A stretch of DNA of 28,442 nucleotides, taken from positions 1 to 28,442 of the forward strand of contig JBDRQF010000018.1 in NCBI GenBank assembly GCA_043826435.1, written 5' to 3'. Each line of letters opens with the position of its first letter. Position 1 is the first letter of the stretch. The stretch is from Elusimicrobiota bacterium (GTDB lineage: Bacteria; Elusimicrobiota; Endomicrobiia; CG1-02-37-114; JAHJSO01). Below are positions 10,590-19,071 of this stretch, in pieces. A program made the position numbers and the translations under genes. The notes beneath the pieces were generated by a model, which saw only the letters and a list, made by a program, of their open reading frames with translations, had not been told where the DNA came from and made no database searches.

Positions 10590-11060
10590 TCAAAAAAAAT
10601 ACCTGGCGCCCACGGATGCGGTTAGCCGGAGTTCGGAGTTGTTTCCAATTTCCAGTAAAGGGGCTAATTCGGCAAACACGTCAAACGGCGCCTTTTCAAA
10701 AAGATAGGTCAATCCAATAACTCCCCGCAAACCGATTCTGCTGTGGTCTCCGCTGTGGGCTCCTCCAGATTGCGCCTGCGCGCCAAAACCATAGTGGACA
10801 GGCAGGCTTCCTTCCCTGGGTCGTGTCGCGCCGAAATTATGCCACAGGTAATTGAGCTGTATCGCGGCATCGCTCCCCAATGAAATTCCTCCGGTTAATG
10901 CGTTAACCTCATTGAGCCAGTATTTAAAACTTATTCCCGTCGGCGCTCCTACCATGATGCCAATTCCGAACTTCCTTGTTTCCATTCCTTGCACGCCCGC
11001 ATACACGACAAAAACCAGAACAACAGTTCTTATCGCTGTTCTCATCAACAATTTCTTCAT
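10590..11060 (-). CDS. Small outer-membrane beta-barrel protein (DUF3996/BAPKO_0422-like)
   Basis: Signal peptide, FGIGIMVGAPTGISFKYWL, GLRGVIGLTYLF, PFDVFAELAP, C-terminal beta-signal VGARYFF. Confidence 0.75.
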   Translation of the reverse strand: MKKLLMRTAIRTVVLVFVVYAGVQGMETRKFGIGIMVGAPTGISFKYWLNEVNALTGGISLGSDAAIQLNYLWHNFGATRPREGSLPVHYGFGAQAQSGGAHSGDHSRIGLRGVIGLTYLFEKAPFDVFAELAPLLEIGNNSELRLTASVGARYFF

Positions 11061-11140
11061 TCTTGCATCCCCCTTTTTTTACTTTGAACAGGCGCTATAA
11101 TGTTTTTTGCCCGCGAATGACATTTCACATTTGAATGCCG

Positions 11141-11285
11141 TCATTTTTTGTATGTTCGCCCGCATAAAACCTCTTTCTCAAGTTCACTGATTTTCCGTTC
11201 CTTTTTTTCTAATTCAAAGAAATCTCCTGAGGGAAGTGATTTTTTCTTCTATTTTCTGAAGGGTGCTTTTCAATTCTTTATCCAT
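11141..11285 (-). pseudogene. Duplicated 5' fragment of prfB including the frameshift site
   Basis: 11177-11307 aligns without gaps to 10426-10556 with 14 mismatches in 131 nt (hand count). It reads MDKELKSTLQKIEEKITSLRRFL-TGA; the +1 frame gives ELEKKERKISELEKEVLCGRTYKK-stop at 11141. Confidence 0.85.
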
Positions 11286-11292
11286 AATAAAC

Positions 11293-11321
11293 ATTATACA
11301 AAATTATGATGTTTTTTGCAG
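11293..11321 (-). promoter_or_regulatory. Duplicated prfB promoter, may drive the beta-barrel gene
   Basis: CTGCAA-17 nt-TATAAT, homologous to 10542-10570. Confidence 0.55.
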
Positions 11322-11485
11322 TCCCCAGAATTAAAAAACAAGAATTAGAAAAAAACACCAAAATAATTATATTATGTTATACTATATTTAACAAGAGGAT
11401 GCTGAAAATGGAGAGAAATCATCCGTGGGCAAATTCACTGTTCTTTTATCATCGCAGGCAAAGAAATGTGATTGTTTTTCTGCCT

Positions 11486-11842
11486 TCACATGTTCTTACC
11501 TGTTATGGCAAAAGCCAATTTTCTCTTTGGTGTTTCTGGTGGGGACAATAACTTTCCAAAATGTTCAGTAAATGCATATGGTAGATATTTGGAATGTTCT
11601 CCTCTTTTTAAGGAGCCATTTTGGCACCTTAAAAATCCACATTCTTTATTCGTAAGAACAAACATAAAATCTTCAGGGAAACGTTCAATATTTCTCCTCA
11701 CTTGTCTTTTCAAATGTTTAACTTCAACTTCGTATAACTCTGCCAAATCTCTATCAAGTATTACCTTTTTACCCCTGATTAACAGGATTTTGCTTTCTAT
11801 TCTTTCCCGTGGAATATTGATTATTAGACTTTTCTTTACCAT
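11486..11842 (-). CDS. ORF6N-domain (antirepressor-type DNA-binding) protein with apparent internal in-frame deletion
   Basis: IRGKKVILDRDLAELYEVE, VRRNIERFPEDFMF, LPYAFTEH, then a jump straight to a C-terminal LLSPPETPKRKLAF tail; SD GAGG upstream. Confidence 0.8.
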   Translation of the reverse strand: MVKKSLIINIPRERIESKILLIRGKKVILDRDLAELYEVEVKHLKRQVRRNIERFPEDFMFVLTNKECGFLRCQNGSLKRGEHSKYLPYAFTEHFGKLLSPPETPKRKLAFAITGKNM

Positions 11843-12026
11843 AATATTCCTCTAAAGCAAGACGCAGATTTTGTTGAAATTTATTATAGTAAACATTTTG
11901 TGAGTTTGTTGTGAAGAGGGGCAAATTTTTTGTGAGATTATTTTTTAGCCGGGGACGGGCTCACCGGAGATCCACCGAGGACTTACCGGGCCGATGATTT
12001 ACCTGTGCCGAGGGTTCACCGGGAAT

Positions 12027-13376
12027 TTACTGGGCAGGGGATTTTTCAAGAACAATGTCTCTTGAGATAGGAGAGGTGGGGGCTTGTGTATCAATAGTGA
12101 CGACACTTTCTTCAGAACTATATCCCTTTTTCCATGTTTTGATCGTATAGACACCCGCAGACAATTTTTGCGACTGATACCTGCCGGTGCGGGTGGTTAT
12201 AAACCGTTGAATTTCCTTGTCTTCTCTAAAAAATTTAACCAGGGCGCCGAAAACCGGCTTGCCGTTTATATCAACCACAGCGCCTTTGATGAAATTTGTT
12301 GATTGTGTTTTGGGTAACGGTTGTTTTTGTGTTTTTGTTTCCGCTACCGGTTGTTTTTGCATTAGTGTTTCCGGGGCCGGTTTTTCTGGCATTGGGATAG
12401 AGCCAAATTTTGCGGCAATAGATATTCTGAAAGTATTCCCTAAATTATCGCCAAGAGGTTGCCAGGCAAAACTTATATCAACAGGATAAATAATTTTTTT
12501 CAATCCAAGCCCAAAACCTGCTGTCACTCCTGTCACTCCTCCAAGATTGGACGCTGAATGTTTTGTGTCATAACCGATGCGAAAAGAAGTATCTATTTCG
12601 TTCATTTTTAATGTGTATTCCATACCAGTTCCAGCACTGAGATAGTTATCACAATTTCGTATATCTAAAAGAGTTACCATAGAGTGTTTTGTATTCTGCA
12701 AGATAAACCATGAAAATCCAATTTTTGAAATCAGAGGAAGGGGTTCTTTTAATTTACGAAAAGTTAATCCCGTACCTATATTCTGAACCACATAACCTAT
12801 TGATAATCTTTTTCCATAATAGGTGGACAACAAACCAAAATCAAAACAAATGCCTGATGCAGATTCATTTTCAATTTTTTGTTGGATTGATTTAATATTA
12901 AAACCTATAAAAGAGGTGTCGTCCCAGGGGAACTTACTACTATAAGTCAAGGACATTGCCAAATCATTGGCAGTATATGTACCTTCGGGATTTCCCAGAT
13001 TGTCTGTTCTGTTTATGTTTCCAGCAGAAAGCATTGTCCCGCTCAAACCCAGTGTCCCTAAATTTCTTATATAGTGTCCCAAAGCAAAATGCTGCATGTT
13101 TATATCTTCAAACCAACGATTATACATAAATGTTACTTCAGTTTTCTGCAACAATCTCAAACCTGCAGGATTATAATAAATTGCATTAATATCATTTGAT
13201 AATCCGACGAAAGTATCCCCAAGTGCAATCCCCCGGGCAGAGGGCGATACTTTAAGAAATTGCGCGACTGTTTCTCCTGAATTAACCCCTACCAATACAG
13301 AGGGGATATTTACTATAAGAAACTGGACAACAATAAAAAATGTACAAAATTTAACGCTCATTATTTTAATTGTCAC
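12027..13376 (-). CDS. PorV/PorQ-like (UPF0164-type) outer-membrane barrel fused to a carboxypeptidase-regulatory-like Ig domain
   Basis: AQFLKVSPSARGIALGDTFVGLSNDINAIYYNPAGL, FDFGLL, GDNLGNTFRISI; Pro/Lys/Gln linker; IKGAVVDINGKPVFGALV...TTRTGRY...LSAGVYTIKTWKKGY. GTG overlaps the upstream TGA; ATG 13361 is an alternative start. Confidence 0.8.
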   Translation of the reverse strand: MTIKIMSVKFCTFFIVVQFLIVNIPSVLVGVNSGETVAQFLKVSPSARGIALGDTFVGLSNDINAIYYNPAGLRLLQKTEVTFMYNRWFEDINMQHFALGHYIRNLGTLGLSGTMLSAGNINRTDNLGNPEGTYTANDLAMSLTYSSKFPWDDTSFIGFNIKSIQQKIENESASGICFDFGLLSTYYGKRLSIGYVVQNIGTGLTFRKLKEPLPLISKIGFSWFILQNTKHSMVTLLDIRNCDNYLSAGTGMEYTLKMNEIDTSFRIGYDTKHSASNLGGVTGVTAGFGLGLKKIIYPVDISFAWQPLGDNLGNTFRISIAAKFGSIPMPEKPAPETLMQKQPVAETKTQKQPLPKTQSTNFIKGAVVDINGKPVFGALVKFFREDKEIQRFITTRTGRYQSQKLSAGVYTIKTWKKGYSSEESVVTIDTQAPTSPISRDIVLEKSPAQ

Positions 13377-15820
13377 CTGATTATTGATAACTTTCCTTTA
13401 TTCTTTTCTTTTGTTGATTCCGAAGTAACAACATAAACATAAACACCACTCGCAACTTTATTACCATTCCTATTCACTGTTTTCCAGTCATAGCGATTAT
13501 TGGTGTTATTTTTAGCGTGTTCAAAAACAAGTTCTCCTGCAATGTTATAAATTTCAATTCGGACTTCCTGAGGTAAATTATCAAATACGATTCCATTTTC
13601 TCTGCCATATTTTGTGTCACCATCCTTAAAGGGATTGGGAAATACTCTAATGTCCGATACACTTAAAGGTGCAACAATAGAAAATGTATGCGCTGCGGAC
13701 CATATGAGCGGGTTACCGCCACTCTTAAAGCCCCTTATACGCCAGTAATAAATCCCACTCGTTAAACCTACATTAGAAGTATATTCTGCTGAGGTAATGC
13801 TACTGACATTTATTATGGAATTTGTGAAATCAGACCTTGAAGACACCATAATTTGATAACTTACCGCACCTGATATAGCAGACCACCTGAATGTTGGTGG
13901 TTTGCTGGCATAAATTGTATCGCCGTTAACCGGGGAGACGAGTGAAGGGGAATTGTCCTGTAAAAGTTTAAGGGAATTATAAGCATTTACTCTGCCGCCG
14001 GTTACCATTTTATTTGTTAAGGATGATTTTTCATCAACACCGGACATTAGATATTGTTTTAATTCTGAAAGAGTAAGGTATGGTCTATAGGCAAGTATAA
14101 GACCTGCAATACCAGAAACATGGGGCGCAGCCATTGATGTGCCTGGCCAGGGGTCATACGTGCTAACAGATGTAGGAGAAATTCTTGTTAACACAACATC
14201 ATCAATATAGACACCCTCATATGGGAAAGAAACGTCACTATACAGCGAAAAACCAAAAACAAAATCTTTACCTAATTTCTCTACTTGAGTACTTATATTG
14301 ATAGAAAAATTCTTAAATATACCCCCAGAAGAACCTGTTATTGTGGATACAAAAATTCCAGTTTCTCCTGTATGGTCCGCAATAAAAACTCTCAAAAAAT
14401 CAAAGCCAGATTCAAGAACATATCTCATTTTAAAAGTAATTGTATAAGTGCTTCCTACTATGTAAGACATGGAAGACGCACACCATATAAATGAGTTGGT
14501 ATTATTCTGATAGTCGACGGCTGGGCTATCTTCAATACAATTAGGCCATGATGTAAAAGTTGAATCGCTTACCGCCCATGTATTGTTTGTTCCGCCAGTG
14601 GACCAGCCCCGCGGTCTGATTCCTACTGTGTCACTCCTTCCTGCTGCGTCACTCCCAAAAGATGCAGATATAAGGGTATAACTGAAACCTGCGTGATGAT
14701 ACACTGTGCTGAAAATATCTACACCAGGGGCAGCAACATCTACTGTTGTTGCCCCATAGTTAGAAAAACTTGCTAAATTGTCATTCTGGTCAGTAGCAGC
14801 GACAGAAATGATATTGTCAAGGTCATAACTTGCGGGGTAGGTAGGGGTAACATCGTTATTATTTGCGGAATTACACGCAGCAGCAACAAATATAACTCCA
14901 TCATCACCAGCTGCTTTTATGGCATCATAATGGAATTGGGAAAAACTGGGGCCACCAAAACTGGCATTGATAACTTTTGCACCATTTAGAACAGCATAAT
15001 TGATTGCTGAAATTATGGCATTATCAGATAACCCACCACCTGTTTGTGCACATTTTAATGCCATTACTCTGATATTCCAGTTTATTCCGGTTATTCCATT
15101 ATTATTGTTACCTTTAGCACCAATAGTACCAGCGATATGTGTTCCGTGATTATCAGTATTTAAGGGAGAGTTATCACTCTCAGAAAAATCCCATCCCACA
15201 ACATCATCAATATAACCATTTTTATCATCATCAACACCGGAAACACCAAGTGCTTCCGCGGTATTTATCCACATATTATCAGTTAAATCAGAATGGCCAC
15301 CATTTACACCATCATCTATAACAGCAACAATTACACTGCTTGAACCCGTTGTTATATTCCATGCCTCAGTCGCATCTATATCAGCGTCGGTTGTGCCACT
15401 TACAAAATTTACTATTTGTCCTGTGTTATGAAGTCCCCACAATTTGTTGTAATGGGTATCGTTAGGAGTTGCCTGAAGATAATAGATAAAGTTTGGCTCT
15501 GCGTATTTTACTTGTGGGTCACTCTTGTATTCATTAACCGCTTCTTCTACTGATTGTCCTTGTTTTATTTTTATGCGGTATATTATGGCGTCTTTTTTGT
15601 GAGTAGCAAAAAATGTGCTTATGACATTGGCCCCAAGTTTTTGATGAGTTGACTGAATCTGATGACTACTTGCACCTTTTTTGAATTTTACAAGCACTTC
15701 GCCTTCCACATAGGTAGGTCTGCCTAACGGGTCGGTTTTCTTCCACTGTTCAGCATTTAGTTGATGGATAATACCGACGACAAGAAGAGTAAGTACCAAA
15801 CATAATTTTTTGAAATTCAT
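13373..15820 (-). CDS. Secreted S8 (subtilisin) serine protease with inserted beta domain and C-terminal T9SS type-A/FlgD-Ig-like sorting domain
   Basis: Signal peptide from ATG 15820, propeptide (YVEGEVLVKFK...YAEPNFI), triad VIDDG / HGTHIAG / GTSMAAPHV, FN3-like LVSPVNG...YYWRIRG, tail VFPNPF...IYNIAGELV...NGNKVASGVYVYVV. Confidence 0.9.
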   Translation of the reverse strand: MNFKKLCLVLTLLVVGIIHQLNAEQWKKTDPLGRPTYVEGEVLVKFKKGASSHQIQSTHQKLGANVISTFFATHKKDAIIYRIKIKQGQSVEEAVNEYKSDPQVKYAEPNFIYYLQATPNDTHYNKLWGLHNTGQIVNFVSGTTDADIDATEAWNITTGSSSVIVAVIDDGVNGGHSDLTDNMWINTAEALGVSGVDDDKNGYIDDVVGWDFSESDNSPLNTDNHGTHIAGTIGAKGNNNNGITGINWNIRVMALKCAQTGGGLSDNAIISAINYAVLNGAKVINASFGGPSFSQFHYDAIKAAGDDGVIFVAAACNSANNNDVTPTYPASYDLDNIISVAATDQNDNLASFSNYGATTVDVAAPGVDIFSTVYHHAGFSYTLISASFGSDAAGRSDTVGIRPRGWSTGGTNNTWAVSDSTFTSWPNCIEDSPAVDYQNNTNSFIWCASSMSYIVGSTYTITFKMRYVLESGFDFLRVFIADHTGETGIFVSTITGSSGGIFKNFSINISTQVEKLGKDFVFGFSLYSDVSFPYEGVYIDDVVLTRISPTSVSTYDPWPGTSMAAPHVSGIAGLILAYRPYLTLSELKQYLMSGVDEKSSLTNKMVTGGRVNAYNSLKLLQDNSPSLVSPVNGDTIYASKPPTFRWSAISGAVSYQIMVSSRSDFTNSIINVSSITSAEYTSNVGLTSGIYYWRIRGFKSGGNPLIWSAAHTFSIVAPLSVSDIRVFPNPFKDGDTKYGRENGIVFDNLPQEVRIEIYNIAGELVFEHAKNNTNNRYDWKTVNRNGNKVASGVYVYVVTSESTKEKNKGKLSIIR

Positions 15821-15928
15821 TTTAGTTTGCAAAAATCAAGATAAAGTTCCTTTTGGGATTATAAAAATATTCTTTGATTTTCAAATTCTTTCTTCAAATC
15901 GTGAAATTTAAGCAAAAGAACTTTTGAT

Positions 15929-16393
15929 TTATTTGATATATTCTTGAATTGAATCAAAATAAGTTTTGTAATATTTTTTTGCTCTATCCACATCTAAATC
16001 TTCATCATCCCATGATGTATCATCATATGTTGTCTTACCTTCTTTATAAGTGACTGGCCGTTCTTGTAAACTGAAATTTAATCTCACAAGAGTATTATTT
16101 TTATCTAATCTTTCAATATGAGCGGTGAATTTACCTCTTATTTTTCCAAACACCAAAAATTGCTTTGAATAATCAGGCGTAGCCGACCATTCAGTTGATA
16201 TAAGACCTGTCTCTTTATCTACTTTATCCAGGATATATCCCTTATCTTCAAGTGTTCTTACTACTGCTTTAAATACTTTTTCATATTTTTCTGAAAACTT
16301 TCTTTCTTGAATTTCTCTTCTTTGTTCTGGTGGAAGATGCGACATAGTAGCACATCCTTGAAGAAATAAAAACAACAAAATAATTTTGCTCAT
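15929..16393 (-). CDS. Lipoprotein of unknown function (possibly BamC/NlpB-like helix-grip fold)
   Basis: AGGAGG at 16399-16404 precedes ATG 16393; MSKIILLFLFLQG-C lipobox; YEKVFKAVVRTL...DKETGLISTEW. The ORF-track extension to 16450 is non-coding leader. Confidence 0.75.
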   Translation of the reverse strand: MSKIILLFLFLQGCATMSHLPPEQRREIQERKFSEKYEKVFKAVVRTLEDKGYILDKVDKETGLISTEWSATPDYSKQFLVFGKIRGKFTAHIERLDKNNTLVRLNFSLQERPVTYKEGKTTYDDTSWDDEDLDVDRAKKYYKTYFDSIQEYIK

Positions 16394-16410
16394 ACTAACC
16401 TCCTGACCAA

Positions 16411-16510
16411 ATAAAAAAGGGCGACAATCTATCCCCCGGTAACGATCCACGAAACCCGAGAATGACTATCGCCCACATTGAACGATAGTCTTCCCCTTAG
16501 TGGATCGTTA
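16411..16510 (-). promoter_or_regulatory. Structured 5' leader with mutually exclusive hairpins and a U-tract (attenuator-like)
   Basis: Perfect inverted repeats 16440-16450/16500-16510 and 16464-16471/16483-16490; alternative pairing 16464-16474 with 16419-16429 followed by TTTTTT. Confidence 0.7.
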
Positions 16511-16568
16511 GAGGATTTCCTCTTTAAGGAAAAGACTTAAAATAGTTTTAAAGAACTTGTCTACGGAT

Positions 16569-16598
16569 ATTATACCATAACTATGTTTAAAAAGTCAA
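16569..16598 (-). promoter_or_regulatory. Putative sigma70 promoter (extended -10) for the lipoprotein and possibly the protease-PorV genes
   Basis: TTGACT-18 nt-TATAAT with TGG directly before the -10. Confidence 0.7.
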
Positions 16599-16712
16599 GT
16601 TATGTTTTCAATCAAACTTCTCAATTTGTATTTTTATATTACTGTTATTATTTTAACAAAAGAATAACAGGGGTGCAGTCCATACAGTACGCACACTACA
16701 TTCAACAAAAAT

Positions 16713-17264
16713 TTACTTTTCATTTTTCCTTTTTTTAATAGTATGTTTGAGTTTTAACACGGCAAAGTTAATCTCTATAGTGGTTTCGCTACCGGATACT
16801 TCTAACCCATCATCAAGAATTTCTGCTATCAATCCTCCACTTTTTCGCATGAGTGTTTTTTGAGCATTTTTATCTTGTGTCATAGAAAGTTCTTTTATGT
16901 TCCTTGTAAGTTGGCGAAGTTTTGCAAATGCCTCTATAATTGCTATTGTCGTTTGGGTGGCTTTGGGACTCTTTAAAATTGTGGCAAGCATATAAAGTCC
17001 CTTCTCAGTAAATGCTTTGGGTAAATGCGGAGAAAATTTAATTTTACTAAGGTGGTCAAAATTTTTGACCACCTCCATTTTCTCTTTTTTTGTAAGCTTA
17101 AAGATATAATTTCGGGGAAACTTATCAGGATTATTATACACCGCTTGATTTATCTCTTTAGTTTCTACACCGTAAAGTGCAGCCACATCACTATCCAGAA
17201 TCGTTTTTTGACCTTTTATTTCTATGATTTTGTTTTCAATTTCTTCAATTTTTACGATATCCAT
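16713..17264 (-). CDS. ORF6N-domain DNA-binding protein
   Basis: ILDSDVAALYGVETKEINQAV..NPDKFP..YIFKLT, LPKAFTEKGLYMLATILKSPKA. Confidence 0.88.
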   Translation of the reverse strand: MDIVKIEEIENKIIEIKGQKTILDSDVAALYGVETKEINQAVYNNPDKFPRNYIFKLTKKEKMEVVKNFDHLSKIKFSPHLPKAFTEKGLYMLATILKSPKATQTTIAIIEAFAKLRQLTRNIKELSMTQDKNAQKTLMRKSGGLIAEILDDGLEVSGSETTIEINFAVLKLKHTIKKRKNEK

Positions 17265-17395
17265 GTTTTTTCCCTGTAAATTTCGGGACGGTTCTGGTTC
17301 TTTTCATACTATTTTTCATAATAATTCTATAAACTATTCAATTATTCTGTCTACTTGCCCCATACTTCGCAAAAGCACGGGTCTGTCTAATAAAT

Positions 17396-17425
17396 ATTAT
17401 AGTAAAATATAAATTCCTTTGTCAA
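17396..17425 (-). promoter_or_regulatory. Putative sigma70 promoter of the ORF6N gene
   Basis: TTGACA-18 nt-TATAAT. Confidence 0.7.
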
Positions 17426-17426
17426 A

Positions 17427-17456
17427 TGCCTGAATCAAATCGTGCCTGAATCAAAT
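17427..17456. repeat. 14-bp direct repeat TGCCTGAATCAAAT x2
   Basis: Exact copies at 17427-17440 and 17443-17456. Confidence 0.85.
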
Positions 17457-17514
17457 TCTTTACTTTCCGTCTTGTTCGCCGCAAGACAAACCAGTCAACG
17501 GTGCGCGGTTTACC

Positions 17515-19056
17515 TCAACGCATTTTATCTGCTAAAAACCGGCCCCTGAGATCTAAAACACCCACTATGATGACTAAAACTAAACACAGGACAGCAAACA
17601 CATCACCATAACGGGTATAAAATGTGAGACGGGTATTCGCAGGTTCAATATATACATCTGCTGAAAAAAGGGCGGTCTCAAATATCGGTGTTTTGCGGAT
17701 AACACTGCCGCATTTATCTATTATGCCTGAAATGCCCGTGTTGGCGCAGCGGACAACTGGCCTCCTGTTTTCAACCGCCCTGAATACGTTGAATGCAAAA
17801 TGCTGGTAGGGCGCGGCTGTTTTTAAATACCATGCATCGTTCGTTATGTTGACGATGAACTGCGCCCCGTTTCGGACGAACCGTCTGGATATGTACGGGA
17901 ATATGGATTCAAAACATATACTTGCCGAAAAGCGGGCGAAGGGCGGGCTAAAAACAATAAAATCTTTCCCTGACGAAAAATCGCCAAGGACACCCACCGT
18001 CTTAATGAATTTTCCCAGCAACGGTTTAAACGGAACGGTTTCGCCGAACGGCACGAGGTGAACCTTGTCATACCTGCTTACTTTTCCCGCGCCTGGAGAA
18101 AATAAAAATGCGGAGTTAAAATATTCCGTGTCGTTAAAATCAACAGAACCGACGAGGTGATATGCTCCTGTTTCCGAAACAATCCTTTTTATCCGGGTGA
18201 GAAGTTCGGGGGATTGAAACAAATACCCCGGCACGGACGATTCTGGCCAGATAATCAAATCGGGTTTTTGCCTTTTTGATTCCAGCGCAAGGGATTCGTA
18301 CGTATCCATTATTTCCCGGACATATTTTTCGTCCCACTTTTTGTACTGGTCAATGTTGCCCTGAAGTATCGCCACCCGCATCCCCGGATATCTGCCGGAC
18401 GAAACGCTGCCGTGAATTTTTAAGGAACGCAGTCCGTAAATAAAAATCAGGGTTAAAACAGAGACGGTTAAAACGAGGGACCGGATGACAGAAATCAGGC
18501 GTCCCTTGATTAACTGGCTTGCCGCAGCGTTTACAAAAAGGACGGCGAAAGACACGCCATACACTCCCGTGATGTCCGAGACCTGTATCAACGTTAAAAA
18601 ATTCCACTGGGAGTAACCGATGACGCCCCACGGAAAACCGCCAAACAGCGTCGTCCTTAAATACTCAAGTACAACCCATAAGCCCGACGAGAAAACGGGG
18701 AATAAAACGGACGAACGCAGTCCCGACCTACCGGCCAAACTTATAGCGTAAAAGAAAATTCCCTTATAAAGCGCAAGGTATGATGAGAGAAGCAGAAGGG
18801 CAAGGAAGCCGGCCCAGGGGGACTCACCCGCCACCCGGAACGTCGGTATCAGCCAGTACATCAGCCCGCAGTAGAATGTAACGCCGAAAATAATACCGAG
18901 GAGGAACGACCTTTTCGGTTTTGAGTCCAGGCAGGCGGATAAAACGGGGACGAGGGCTATCCATGCGAGAAAGGATAAATTAAATTTCGGGAAACTGAGA
19001 ACCAATAATCCCGCGGATAAAAGTGAAAATAAAATGGATATTGAAAACGACATCAA
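17515..19056 (-). CDS. lnt: Apolipoprotein N-acyltransferase
   Basis: Multiple TM helices, GGFPWGVIGYSQ, nitrilase triad WPES / YDKVHLVPFGE / ICFES, NDAWY, RAVENRR, ANTGISG. Confidence 0.95.
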   Translation of the reverse strand: MMSFSISILFSLLSAGLLVLSFPKFNLSFLAWIALVPVLSACLDSKPKRSFLLGIIFGVTFYCGLMYWLIPTFRVAGESPWAGFLALLLLSSYLALYKGIFFYAISLAGRSGLRSSVLFPVFSSGLWVVLEYLRTTLFGGFPWGVIGYSQWNFLTLIQVSDITGVYGVSFAVLFVNAAASQLIKGRLISVIRSLVLTVSVLTLIFIYGLRSLKIHGSVSSGRYPGMRVAILQGNIDQYKKWDEKYVREIMDTYESLALESKRQKPDLIIWPESSVPGYLFQSPELLTRIKRIVSETGAYHLVGSVDFNDTEYFNSAFLFSPGAGKVSRYDKVHLVPFGETVPFKPLLGKFIKTVGVLGDFSSGKDFIVFSPPFARFSASICFESIFPYISRRFVRNGAQFIVNITNDAWYLKTAAPYQHFAFNVFRAVENRRPVVRCANTGISGIIDKCGSVIRKTPIFETALFSADVYIEPANTRLTFYTRYGDVFAVLCLVLVIIVGVLDLRGRFLADKMR

Positions 19057-19071
19057 AATTTACCGCTGAAT

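Noticed and set aside
11948..12026. GC-rich patch with recurring (C/T)ACCG(G/A) words after the PorV-like gene
   Set aside because: Units are short, irregular and lack unique spacers, so it is not a CRISPR array; no convincing hairpin.
12315..12395. Short tandem duplication GGTTGTTTTTG
   Set aside because: Encodes the repeated QKQP linker of the PorV-like protein.
16394..16450. GTG-started extension of the lipoprotein
   Set aside because: Overlaps the RNA leader; AGGAGG and the lipobox spacing support ATG 16393.
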